Under the pieces are notes generated by a model. It was not told the DNA's origin. It searched no databases and saw only the letters and a program-made list of their open reading frames with translations. A program made the translations under genes and the position numbers. A DNA stretch of 64,000 nucleotides from Octopus bimaculoides (Eukaryota), in NCBI RefSeq assembly GCF_001194135.2, contig NC_068998.1, positions 55,271,331 to 55,335,330 of the forward strand. The letters are read 5' to 3'. Each line of letters starts with the position of its first letter. Positions within the stretch are counted from its first letter, which is position 1. Below, piece by piece: positions 13,301 to 25,268 of this stretch.

Positions 13301-16300
13301 AGTATTTGAACTCACAATGCCATATTAACATTAGAATACAAAAGCTAAATCACTAAAAACGTTGTTTGCATGTTGGTTGAAAGTAAAATGTTGTTGGTCT
13401 CCAGGAATATTTCCTTAGAGTAAGATTCTGTTCATCTTGTAATCCGCCGATTCTTGTGGCTATGAAGATTCTCACTGGAAGTAGAAGACATAATCTAAAT
13501 AGACTCAATGTAGTGAATTGGTCAAGAGGGGTTAGGTTTTTGTGTTGATGGGCTTCATTAACCCTTCCAGAGTCGTATCTATGGTTTGTTTTAAACTTAA
13601 AATAGAGAGCCCCTGTTTTTCTAAGGGGACAGTCTTCTCCATTTATTTCCAGTTAATTATTAATTAATGAATGTAGACCTCACTCAGGTTAGGACAAATA
13701 AACCAACTGAAGTATTTTCAATGTCCTAAAGAAACAACAATAACAACATCTCAAGAAACTTTTCTAAATCCATGTTTTTCTGTAAACTGTAAAAAAAGGT
13801 TGAATTTTAGACTAGTTTTGCTCTACCGGATATGTTATTTGCTTTTAAAGGATATTTTAGACAATTTTATAGGGAAATATTGAACGTCAACTGATTGTAT
13901 TCGCTGATTAGTCTGTTTGATTTCAAATATTCAACAAGAACTTATTTCTACAAGTTTAAACTTTCCGTTTTTATTGAAATCTTTAAATTTTTCAATTTCT
14001 GCTGTTCTTCTTTTTGATTCTGTCAGAAGTAACAGATTGTTTTCTTATACTCGGCAGAATCAGCCTCACTCTGCTGGTAGCTTCCCAATTTACTAGTCTT
14101 GCAATGTTCTAACTTGGAATTTTCCTGTTGAAAGAAAACATAATATTCACTTATTACAAAACTGTCTGTTTGTCATCATCATCATCATCAGTATCACCAC
14201 CTTCACCATCATCACCACTACCATCATCATCATCATTGTATAAACTTTATATTGAAAAGATTTTTTAAAATTCTTGATTAAAAGAGTCTTTTAGATCAAG
14301 ATATTTAATTCTAAGCAAGTATTTAGATAATATGTAATCGTTAAAAAATTGTTTATTTTAGAAATTAATTACAAAAACCAAGGTAAGTGTAGATTCAAAT
14401 TGATTGAATTCGAACAAGTGTCAACTGCATGTTCCATCAATATCGGTTGCATCATTTTAGTGAATACCAGAGTGTGACGTTTTGACATTGTTTCTTTCTG
14501 GAGTGTGTCTACGAGGGGTTTGCCATTCCAACTGGACAATTTCCAAACCTATTTGTCTATCTATTTACCTTTCTATTGATCTGTTCATCTTTCTATTGAT
14601 CTGTGTGTACACAAAGAGGAAATATGTTAAAAAATGCTTTTACAGTTTATCAAGTTTTCTCTAAAGGAGACAAGATAATATTTTCAAATTGCTAATTACC
14701 AATTAATTAAGCAAGTGACCAACTGAGGAATTTCTTATTAAATCTCATCTCAAGTTTATCATTTCTTCTCCCTTTATGCATGCTCCTCTTTAATTCTACT
14801 AAAACTAAAATTCCTTCTTTTATTTTATATTGTAAATTGTTTGTTTGTCATTAAATGACTTCTATTTCCAGATCAATGACATAATGTGTGCGTGTGTGTG
14901 TGTGTTTGTGTCTGTGCATGGTTTCATTGTGAAAGCAATTAAACACTTTGAAATAATCTCATATAATCAATTTATTTCAGAATTTTCTGTTTTACTTAAG
15001 TAAAGATTTTTAGAAATTTAAATTAACACATTTCAAAATTGCATTTATTAANNNNNNNNNNNNNNNNNNNNNNNNNNNNNNNNNNNNNNNNNNNNNNNNN
15101 NNNNNNNNNNNNNNNNNNNNNNNNNNNNNNNNNNNNNNNNNNNNNNNNNNNNNNNNNNNNNNNNNNNNNNNNNNNNNNNNNNNNNNNNNNNNNNNNNNNN
15201 NNNNNNNNNNNNNNNNNNNNNNNNNNNNNNNNNNNNNNNNNNNNNNNNNNNNNNNNNNNNNNNNNNNNNNNNNNNNNNNNNNNNNNNNNNNNNNNNNNNN
15301 NNNNNNNNNNNNNNNNNNNNNNNNNNNNNNNNNNNNNNNNNNNNNNNNNNNNNNNNNNNNNNNNNNNNNNNNNNNNNNNNNNNNNNNNNNNNNNNNNNNN
15401 NNNNNNNNNNNNNNNNNNNNNNNNNNNNNNNNNNNNNNNNNNNNCTTGTTGTTGATGTTTTATTGACCTTTTATTGACATTGAGATGTTTTATGCTTTCA
15501 CTGTGCTTTAGAAAAGTGTTTCTAGACATTATTATTTTTTTTTTTCCAACCATTTTCTTTTTTTGTTTTTTCTTCTATTCTGTGCTTGCTGTTTGGTCAT
15601 CTTAATTCTGTTTATGACATTGTTGAGCAAATAGTTAAAAAAAAAAAAAGCACACTTTAATATTATGTATAATTTTTAATCTGGGTTTAATTAAGGAGAA
15701 ACAATAATTTGCAATACACATATATAACTAATTGAAAGTACTCTCATTATGAAATTGCTTCTTGGAATGGGTTGGAGATTATTGTAGAAATCACCAAAAA
15801 TTTTTTTGTTCTTGTCACCTTTTGATGGGATTGAAATTTTTAATTATAATTTAAGACTATTCATAAATTAAAGAAATTGCTAAAGAAGTTCTGTAAAGTC
15901 CTTGTATATATTTCTTTATTATTATTTTGACAAGTATATTTGTCACTGTTAGTCTAAGTGGGTATTTTGATGAGAATATTCAAGAGACATCTATGGACTG
16001 TCACTGATGACTTAAACTTTCATATCAGATGGAGGGAAATTTAATTTAGTAAAAACTTATTATTACTCTTTAAGTTTTCCCCATGTCTTTACAGCTAAGG
16101 GATCTCCTCAGCCATTGAAAGTTAAGTATTTTATTTCTAATAACACAACGATCAGATTATTAAATTCTGAAATCTTTAGTTTGTAGTCTAGCATCTTTTG
16201 ATTGCCAGTTGCAAAAATTGGTTATCTTAAGGAATTCATAAAAACAATTTTCATAGAAATGAAGTTTGATTGCAGTTTGCATGATCTATCATTCCTTGTG

Positions 16301-19300
16301 ATTTGTCTCTGTCCAATTTGTTTTGATGTATTTTGTTGTTTCATGTTTTATCACGATTCTCAAACCATTTTATTGTCTCTTGTTCATATAAATATATTTT
16401 AGTTGAATCATCAATATTTAATTCTGTCATGAATCCATGAGATAGAATTCAACTTTTTGACATAGAACAATTATTTGTGAATAAAAACCTATCACATAAA
16501 ACATCATGTTATGTTTAAAAAAAGAAAAAAAAAAAGGACATCTAAAATAATTATGTAAATTAGAATTCAAAGATCTCAAATGCAATATTTAGATTTTCCA
16601 GTTGATGTTTTCTGCTTTGAAATTCCTTTTTCTCTGACACAAGTTTTCTTGTAAAACTTCACTGTTATTTGTTGAGTGTCACTTTTAGATTTAGAAATTC
16701 ACTGTTAGTCATAAAACATAGCAATATATTTTAAGAATATGTTTAGACCATTACTGTAATATATTCGGTAATTCTGTAGTTGGCATGATTTTTTAAACGA
16801 ATCTAATTTTGATAATGTCATTGTTTCTCAAACATCAAACTTTGAAATCTCTTTCCTGTTACATGTTCTTGCTGACCCTATCCTTTTCAAACCTGTGCAA
16901 AACACACTATTTATAATCAAATGCTATACTTTGCAAATATCTCCCTGTAGAAACAGTCTAATGGCCAAAAGGTAGGTTTTGGAATTCTCCCCAAATAATT
17001 GTTGCAACATCCTTGAAATAATTCTTCTGCAAATCCTTCACCTTAGACACTTTAGTGACCTGCTTTGTGTACACCCACCCCACCCCTACCCCCACCTTGT
17101 TGCTGCCTCACATCTTAACTAACATTTAACTATTTCATTTAATTAACAACATATATGAAATAAATTTCTAGAAATATTTTTATAAAATTTATTTTTTACT
17201 GTGAGAATCATTGAGAATTGCCATGAATTTACGAGCTGGACATCAGCAATCTGTTGATTCACAGGGACACACAGACACACACACACATTCATTAATTTAA
17301 ATTGATCTACGGGTTCTTGAAGGAATATTTTAGGTTACTCTTTTCTTATATTTGTATTTTCAATGTTTTACCAAAATTGAAATCATGTGCTTAACCCCCC
17401 CCCCCAACTTTTCCCAAACCAATCCATTTGTTTGTTGCTCTAATAATTTGGCATATTTAGATTTTTCAAACAATGTCAATAGTTCTTAATATTTCCAAGG
17501 AAATAAACTCAGCCAAAATTAAAGTTTCTATATTCCATAATCCTCTAGGAATAAATATAAACATACAGTTTGCTTAAAAATTCTCTAAAAATGCTGGTTT
17601 TCATTTCTTTTCTACTCTAGTCTTTCACTTCAACAAAAACCTTGTAAAACTAATTCAACAATGGTAAATATTTCTAATTATTTTGCAAAATCTTAACTCC
17701 ATCATATTTACAATCCACACAGGAAGAATTAAAGTAGCAGTGAACAGAATGCTTTGATCTAAAGTATTGATCACATTTGCTTACAATTTGTTTGATAAAG
17801 ACTAAAGAAAATGAATTGTTATCATCTTTTAAGCAACAAACTAAGAAAAGGTTTATTGATATGAACAGTCAACTGTAAAAATAATTCCATTCACAAAATA
17901 TATAAATCTATAGATTTTCCTCAAAATCATCCTATTTAAATTTGTCTAAAACTAATAAATATATGAATATTTTCAAATTTTCTTTTCTATGCTGGCATGG
18001 GTTGGATGAGTCTGTCATACATTGTATCTTGATTTCTTAATGTTTGTCATCATCATCATCACCATCGTTTCTGTGAGAAATTTTATCTGATACTGTTCTA
18101 CTTCTTCCTTACTTTTCTTCTTTAGTCATTGCTGAATTTAAGAAATAATTGTTGAGTATTTCTCTATCAAAAGTCTTCTCATTTCTTCCTCCTGTATTTT
18201 CATTCTTCTCTTTCTTCTTTATAACCTCACTCTTAAATATTTCCTTCTACTAATCTCAACTTTTTGGTGAAGTGTCATTTCATCTTACTCAAGTTTTTCT
18301 CTCCAAGGAGAACTTAAGCCCCCCCCCCCTTCTGCTTTTCTCATTCAAGGACCTCATTATTTGGGCTGATTTTTGTTTGGATTACTGGACCCCTTTATTT
18401 AACTTGCATCTTATTCTCATCTCTTCTTCTCGCCTCCTCCTCCTCCTTTTTGTATAAACTCTGTTTGCCATCATTATTTCTCTTCACAAATGTATGAACT
18501 CCGTTTCTCAACTGAAATCTTTTTGAATTCTTTGCAAACCTTTTCTTCTTTGAGTCCTTCAGTCCCTTATTCATTTAAACTGGATGTCCTCATGGGAAAA
18601 CTATTCACAAAATAATCCTGTGTTTATTGTGTGAAGGAGATGTTTAAATATTGTTGGCAGATTTAATTTAATGAAATTCACAAATATTTACAATAAAAAT
18701 AGGCAAATTGTGTTAACAAGGATTTTCTTAATTACTTTAATGTTGCTTTTGAGACTTAGAAAATATTGTTGTAGAATAGGATTTTTGAATTTTTAAAAAT
18801 GTAACCCATTCTCCAAATTATCAATTTGGCATTTTTTTTGCTGTTATGTGAACCAAAAATCAAACTGTTAAATATTTGTTCATCATATTCGTAACTAGGA
18901 ATTCAAACATTATTTCAAGCCTGTTCTGTTTTGTTTAGCTTCCAGATCAACCTAGCTGCATAAATGGAATAGTATTCTAGAGAAATTCAAAATATATTTT
19001 AAACTCTTTTCTCTTGCAAGTTAATAATTTACCTGCACAGCAGCTTTGCACCTCTTTCATAATATTACCATATTTTATATTCTCCTTAATTCTATTTTCA
19101 CTCTATTTCTTGTGCATCAACATGAATCACTGCACTGATCAGCCTCCCACCTTTTTTTTCTGCCACACACCCACAACTTTGCTAACCTCTATCTTGCATT
19201 GCTGTCTCCTGTGCTTATAGAGAATCCATGTGAAGAAGGTATGGTCCCCAACTCCCATGTCTCCTTCAAGCCTGGAGAATGGGACCAATCAGCTTGATGC

Positions 19301-22297
19301 TGAGGTGAGTAAATGACAGCACTTTCCTTGCATTGGAAAAAAAAAACCCTTTCTTACTGTCACTCACTAACCTTTATTAACAACTAATTTGTATAGTTGT
19401 GGCATTCTGTAGCTCACATCAGTGGCAACTTACCAGATCTCGAATAAATTGAAAAAATGGTTTCTTTGTGCACAACCATCTAAATATTTTAGCTTAAATG
19501 TTTAGTCTAAATTTGATTAAAACTTTCACTTGCAAATTAATTATTACTCACTTTAAGTATCTAAACTTAACATTTTTCTTGTGTTCTCTTCTTAAATATC
19601 TTAACTAACAAACCCTGTATGAATATATTCCTAAATATGTTGACTTCAAACTTCAAAGTCTCTGTAAAAATCCCTAAATTTCAATAACATGATTACTAAT
19701 ATTAAATACACCGTGTTAAATGTTTTTGTTTTAAACCTCAAAGTATTGTTTGTAGTAGTTTTAATTGATTTGTTGGAGATAAGATGAGGTTATTTGCTGC
19801 TTTGTGTTATAAAATTCTTTAAAGATAAGTTTCACATGGAGGAAGTAAGCAGCAAGTTTTCATTACACAACAATTTCACTTTATGGTTGGGTAATTGGTG
19901 ATGAATTATCACATGATTCTGACAGACAGGCTCATTAATACACCCACAAACTAGCAAGTTAATTAGTGACCGTTAAATTACTGAATTATTAAGTGTAAAA
20001 GATGTAATAAATNNNNNNNNNNNNNNNNNNNNNNNNNNNNNNNNNNNNNNNNNNNNNNNNNNNNNNNNNNNNNNNNNNNNNNNNNNNNNNNNNNNNNNNN
20101 NNNNNNNNNNNNNNNNNNNNNNNNNNNNNNNNNNNNNNNNNNNNNNNNNNNNNNNNNNNNNNNNNNNNNNNNNNNNNNNNNNNNGACATTTTGTTTATTT
20201 CTATTCACTGGAATTGAACCTTCTTCAAGACTTTTTCAACAAAAAACAGGAAAGAAACACTGTTGCTAAATACAGTGGAATCATTAAAAAAGAAAAATTG
20301 AGAACAGAATTGGGAATTTAGATGCCAATTGCAGTAAAATGGGACAGTATTAACCAATTAATAAAATGAGACAGTATTGACCAATTAATAAAATGGGACA
20401 GTATTAACCAAATGATAAAATGGGACAGTATTAACCAAATGATAAAATGGGACAGTATTAACCAATTGATAAAATGGGACAGTATTAACCAATTAATAAA
20501 ATGGGACAGTTTTAACCAATTAGTTTCCGCCTTGTTGATTTAGTTATGCTGTAGTTGCAGAATGGCAAACCATTTTCTAAGCCCTTATTCATGTGTCATT
20601 GTCATTTCTTTTAGTTTTAGGGAAATGTGTTTAGATGAGATTTTTATAACATGATTTTGTAGGAAGATTTTCTGTTTTCACTTTGAAAGTTTATCTCTTG
20701 GCCCCTAGCATTGATGAGTGATCAGAAGACTATGGATCTATTAATAGCTTACAGTCTCATTAGTGTACTGATTAGTGATTGTGAGTGATACACTATCAAC
20801 TGACATGATGGTCAGTAGGAAATAAAGATTATGACAAAGAATTAGACATCACATAGAAGAACCAGAGCCTGCAGGAGACCCCCTCGTCCACTAGTATGGG
20901 CGTGTATTGTGAATGGATAGGCTTGAAAGAATTGTCCAATTCTTACAGATAAAACACCATCGAGTTGAGATATATTTATGGAGAGATGCTGTGTGGCAGA
21001 ATTGTTTAGTCTGTTCCGATTTGGAAGGCAAAAGATATTAAAACAACAAAGATAGTGATGATGATGATGATAAAGTTATGTGTCTATGTGACTCCAATAT
21101 CTTCCGTAGGAATGGGCTAAAGGTCTATGTTTTTCCTTTTTCAACATTAAAAATCTTAAACTAAGGAACCAATAGAAGTATTTGAATAATTTTCCTGTTG
21201 AGTATTGAAACATTTTAGATATGGGGTTGTTTGTTTCTATTCTCCTTCTTTATTAGCTTTCAACATCTTTTATGTTTGTCTCTTCTCCACTTTTCTAAGC
21301 CATTTCCAGTTCTTTTATCAAATTCCAATCAGAAAAGAACTCTATGTTGTTGATAGATGCTAGCAATTCTGAATCTGTTATCAGTAGACCCTTGCAGGTA
21401 ACATAGGAAGAAGACAGGAGAAAAAGAAAATCTGAAATAGGATTAATCAGTTTAAGAAAATTTATTCTTAGAAGATAACTGAAGATTATCTTTGAAATTC
21501 TTTGAAAGCCCTAAGTGTTTATTTGTTAATCTCATATAAATGTCTTTGAGTAACTCAATCTAATTATTGCTCTCCTCTTATCTTGGAGGATTAGACTAAC
21601 CAATAATAGAAAATCCTTCATTTAATTGTTACAAAGCAGAACTTTTAATTCACTTACAAATATGTTCTTTCATATATTTTATAACAAATTTAATTATTGA
21701 AATAACCTCTTCTTACCTTTTGTCATATTATTGTGTTTACACAATTAAAACACCTTCAGATTATTGTTGTTTCTTATAAATTTGAAATCTGATATTTTTT
21801 TGAAGAAAAGAAATGTAACAAAATTGGTTTCAAAAATGAAAAAAACTTCTTTAGAAATCCTGAATTGATTGTTGTTTTTTGGGTTTGGAATTTGCTGAGA
21901 TTCTCTTTAAATAACAATAAAGCAGAATAAATTAATAGGCTGCAGGGTTGCAACATCCTATCTCTTACCTTTTGCTTGTTTCAGTCATTAGACTACAGCC
22001 ATGCTTGGGTACTGCCCTAGTTCATCTCAGAATTAAGCCAGTGGGTTTTAGGCATTTAAGCAAGATTAATTTTCTTGAACTTTGCTAATTGTTTAATTGC
22101 ATATAACCTTCTTTGTTTTAATTTTATTTTCTGATTTTCTTCTTCAGCTACGCAAAGCCTACTTTCAACAAGTGGAAGAGATCAAAAGCCTCAAGGAACA
22201 AATGTCCATGAAGGACAAACGGATTCGGCAACTGGAAGAAGAAATCTGCTCCATCAGGCAACGAGTGAACAGCAGTGAAAGTGAAAGTAACTGCTAA
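2088..22297 (+). CDS. CORO2B: Coronin-2-like gene, 3' part (spliced; upstream WD40 exons outside the window). Proposed join 2088-2144, 5130-5320, 7294-7474, 10755-10982, 19221-19304, 22148-22297 = 891 nt, 296 aa plus stop
   Basis: All six exons have AG/GT boundaries with compatible phases (0-0, 0-2, 2-0, 0-0, 0-0, 0-stop) and one open frame. The junction DAE|LRKAYFQQVEEIKSLKEQMSMKDKRIRQLEEE matches my recollection of the coronin-2 C-terminal coiled coil (ENELLRMFFRQQDEIRRLKEELAQKDIRIRQLQLE). The A/B paralogue label is nominal for an invertebrate. Confidence 0.7.
5130..5320 (+). CDS. Probable coronin-2-like exon (DGALKQTPTITTFKAVNRPPLARSSTLPTAQVPP...EFLTLS), 191 nt, phase 0-2
   Basis: CCTTTTCTTTTTAG| acceptor, AAG|GTAATT donor; only one frame open; GC-richer than the flanks. 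Confidence 0.7.
6430..6850 (+). mobile_element. Highly degenerate LINE reverse-transcriptase remnant (CR1/Jockey-like), interrupted by a (CT)n tract
   Basis: YAEDATLY (YADD-like) at 6448-6471 and a downstream ILGL..NLLWKP-like segment; frames broken. Confidence 0.35.
7294..7474 (+). CDS. Probable coronin-2-like exon (SDPANNTCNIENHGEGDVSTAKESVNKTPEKVMRKSWAPSS...SPVD), 181 nt, phase 2-0
   Basis: TTGTTTTCCAG|T acceptor completes the AG+T codon from the previous exon; GAT|GTAAGT donor; lies in ORF 7283-7513. Confidence 0.7.
9637..10254 (-). mobile_element. RTE-type LINE-derived element (3' end), spanning an N gap, with a duplicated terminal ~115 bp
   Basis: (CAT)n tail + TTTAACGTCCGCTTTCCATGCTAGCATGGGTTGGAC occurs twice (~9640 and ~9757). 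The segment after the gap (10230-10254) matches the far end of the copy at 61517-62275. Confidence 0.8.
10755..10982 (+). CDS. Probable coronin-2-like exon (NSLPFDQNLRECSQEIPDLLQSCQSENL...VESDVR), 228 nt, phase 0-0
   Basis: TCTTTACTCTTCAG| acceptor, CGA|GTAAGT donor, 76 open codons in AT-rich DNA (overlaps ORF 10809-11000). Confidence 0.7.
13180..13330 (-). mobile_element. SINE family A, degenerate reverse copy
   Basis: CCTTTCTA..GGCACAAGGCC..GTCAATTACATTGACACCAGT..ACTGGTACTTATTTTAT..ATTTGAACTC is the reverse complement of the 282-503 body. Confidence 0.6.
19221..19304 (+). CDS. Penultimate coronin-2-like exon (RIHVKKVWSPTPMSPSSLENGTNQLDAE), 84 nt, phase 0-0
   Basis: CTCCTGTGCTTATAG| acceptor, GAG|GTGAGT donor; joins in frame to the coiled-coil exon. 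Confidence 0.75.
20336..20522. repeat. 27-bp minisatellite, about 7 head-to-tail copies (AAAATGGGACAGTATTAACCAATTAAT)
   Basis: Units start at 20336, 20363, 20390, 20417, 20444, 20471, 20498 with 0-2 substitutions each; no spacers. Confidence 0.95.
22148..22297 (+). CDS. CORO2B: Last coding exon of the coronin-2-like gene: C-terminal coiled coil LRKAYFQQVEEIKSLKEQMSMKDKRIRQLEEEICSIRQRVNSSESESNC*
   Basis: Long pyrimidine tract ending TTCTTCAG|, 49 codons then TAA; heptad pattern; similar to the coronin-2 C-terminus as I recall it. Confidence 0.8.
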   Translation, partial: LRKAYFQQVEEIKSLKEQMSMKDKRIRQLEEEICSIRQRVNSSESESNC

Positions 22298-24124
22298 AGT
22301 CGAAATCCCTTTCAATGTCAAGTAACACCACCCCATGGAGGCATTAAAACTCTTTCTGATGATGATGATGATGATGATGATGACAACCATTGAAAAAGTT
22401 AACTTCTGCAACTGACTTTCTCTTGCTGATGATGATGATGGTGATGCACACACAAACAAATTCTTACTATTGACTAATGGGAATATTTTAGACAATTAGT
22501 TATTACTATTATTATTACTATTATTATTATTATTATTATAATAATTATTATTATTAACTAAATAGACTTGACCGATGCATCAATTAAGAATGCACCTCAC
22601 TGCTGTATGACATTGTGGCCACTTACTATTACCACCACCACCACTACAACATATTGATTGGTTAACACCAACAAATGCTCAATAACAACTGACAAAACTA
22701 AAAATGACTTTGGACTGGATTTATTAAATTATTTCTATTGTCCTCATGTTTTTAGTTTTTCTCTCATTTTTCTTTGAATCCTGTTTCTTATTCCTCCCCC
22801 CTCCCCACCCCCCACTTTTATTTTTCTTTCTTTGTAACACTTTTGATGTTTTACTTATTTCTAAAAAAAATAAAAAACCAAGCCTGTTCTGAAGTTCTGA
22901 GATTACGAAATTTAGGAAGGAAAAATAAATGAAATGGCTGCGAAATTAAAGCAAGAAGTGGAATAGTTGTGAAATTCTGACAATAATAATAATAATGATG
23001 ATGATGATAATAATAATAATAATTCAATTTTATTTGTCATATTTAATTTTTTTATGAAAATAAAATAGAATAATTTGATAAAAGTCCTTCATAAGGATAT
23101 TTTTAGTTTCATCTTAATTCAGTTGCCCCTGCCCCCATCTACCNNNNNNNNNNNNNNNNNNNNNNNNNNNNNNNNNNNNNNNNNNNNNNNNNNNNNNNNN
23201 NNNNNNNNNNNNNNNNNNNNNNNNNNNNNNNNNNNNNNNNNNNNNNNNNNNNNNNNNNNNNNNNNNNNNNNNNNNNNNNNNNNNNNNNNNNNNNNNNNNN
23301 NNNNNNNNNNNNNNNNNNNNNNNNNNNNNNNNNNNNNNNNNNNNNNNNNNNNNNNNNNNNNNNNNNNNNNNNNNNNNNNNNNNNNNNNNNNNNNNNNNNN
23401 NNNNNNNNNNNNNNNNNNNNNNNNNNNNNNNNNNNNNNNNNNNNNNNNNNNNNNNNNNNNNNNNNNNNNNNNNNNNNNNNNNNNNNNNNNNNNNNNNNNN
23501 NNNNNNNNNNNNNNNNNNNNNNNNNNNNNNNNNNNNNNNNNNNNNNNNNNNNNNNNNNNNNNNNNNNNNNNNNNNNNNNNNNNNNNNNNNNNNNNNNNNN
23601 NNNNNNNNNNNNNNNNNNNNNNNNNNNNNNNNNNNNNNNNNNNNNNNNNNNNNNNNNNNNNNNNNNNNNNNNNNNNNNNNNNNNNNNNNNNNNNNNNNNN
23701 NNNNNNNNNNNNNNNNNNNNNNNNNNNNNNNNNNNNNNNNNNNNNNNNNNNNNNNNNNNNNNNNNNNNNNNNNNNNNNNNNNNNNNNNNNNNNNNNNNNN
23801 NNNNNNNNNNNNNNNNNNNNNNNNNNNNNNNNNNNNNNNNNNNNNNNNNNNNNNNNNNNNNNNNNNNNNNNNNNNNNNNNNNNNNNNNNNNNNNNNNNNN
23901 NNNNNNNNNNAAGAAGGAACCTCTCTACGAGTGGGTCTCCTTGAGAGCATTGTTAGCTAAGAAGGGTTTGAGTATTTGGAAGTATCAGGGGTTTTCTTTG
24001 AAATAAAAATATTTCAACCATTATTTATACAATATTTATATTTCATACACATTTTCAAAAATAAAAAAAGAAAAGAAATTTAAATAAATATCTTTATAAG
24101 GATTAAACCAGGATATGAAACGAA

Positions 24125-24738
24125 ATGGAATATATATACATATATATACATATATATATACACACATATATATATATACATATATACATATATATACATA
24201 CATACATATATACAAATATATACATACATAAATACATACATATATATATATATGTATATATAAATACATATATATACACATATATACACACACACATATA
24301 TATAGATATATAGATATAAATATATAGATATAGATATATATATCTATATCTATGCATATATATATATATCTATATATATAGAAATAAATAAATATATATA
24401 TAAATAAATATATATATAAATAAAAAAGTATATATATATATGAATAAATATATATATAAATATATATATATATAAATAAATATATATATATAAATAAATA
24501 TATATAAATAAACATATATAAATAAATAAATATATACATATAAATGTATATATATAAATAAATAAGTATATATAAATAAATAAGTATATATATATATNNN
24601 NNNNNNNNNNNNNNNNNNNNNNNNNNNNNNNNNNNNNNNNNNNNNNNNNNNNNNNNNNNNNNNNNNNNNNNNNNNNNNNNNNNNNNNNNNNNNNNNNATA
24701 TATATATATATTTTTGTGTGTGTGTGTGTGTGTGTGTG
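24125..24738. repeat. Complex (TA)/(TAAA)/(TACA)/(GT) microsatellite block with an internal gap
   Basis: Directly visible low-complexity sequence; source of the spurious Y/I-rich ORFs. Confidence 0.95.
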
Positions 24739-25200
24739 GTTATAAACTCTGAAAGCATTGGCCGGACATATTCTCAAACCATGGCAATATGACTTTTGGA
24801 CTCTTCCTCTTTGTTATTGGACAATGCTGACTTCTCCAGCAATAACGCTCACTTGGCTGATATCAGTGATTGGTTAAGTTGCTCTTAGAGTTAACCTAGA
24901 AGGGACAGGTCCCTTATTTTTTTGTTAAGGCTGTTGGTAAGTTTTCCTAAGTTACTCCACTGCAATTCTTCTGAAAATATAATAAATATCTTTTCTCCAA
25001 AAAGTTTTGGGTCATTCTTCAGGTTTCATGCAAAATCATTTCTATCGTAACACAATACAAAAATATTTATATGTGTGTGTGTGTGTGTGTGTACGTGTAT
25101 GAGCATACACACACACACACACACACACACAGCAAATTCAGTTCTTCTCCATAAAGTGATGGCCGACTTTCTTTTTTTTTTACTTTTAGGAAATCAAACA

Positions 25201-25268
25201 TTTCTAGAAATTTCTGGAAATGGAAATCAATGAAAGAGTCGTTCGCTTCTGCTGGAACATTCTAGAAT
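25201..25268. promoter_or_regulatory. Two canonical heat-shock elements (4 and 3 alternating nGAAn units)
   Basis: tTTCt-aGAAa-tTTCt-gGAAa at 25201-25220 and gGAAc-aTTCt-aGAAt at 25254-25268 fit the HSF consensus exactly; function untested. Confidence 0.5.

Noticed and set aside
20336-20522. CRISPR-like appearance of a 27-bp repeat
   Set aside because: Units are contiguous with no unique spacers, there are no cas genes, and the context is a eukaryotic intron.
20705-20820. C/D snoRNA-like TGATGA...CTGA and a short ACTGAC/GTCAGT hairpin
   Set aside because: Imperfect C box, weak terminal stem and no guide I could assign; expected by chance.
24036-24777. Y/I/C/V-rich ORFs, and HT/CV/RE-repeat ORFs elsewhere
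   Set aside because: Translations of (TA)n, (CA)n and (GA)n microsatellites.
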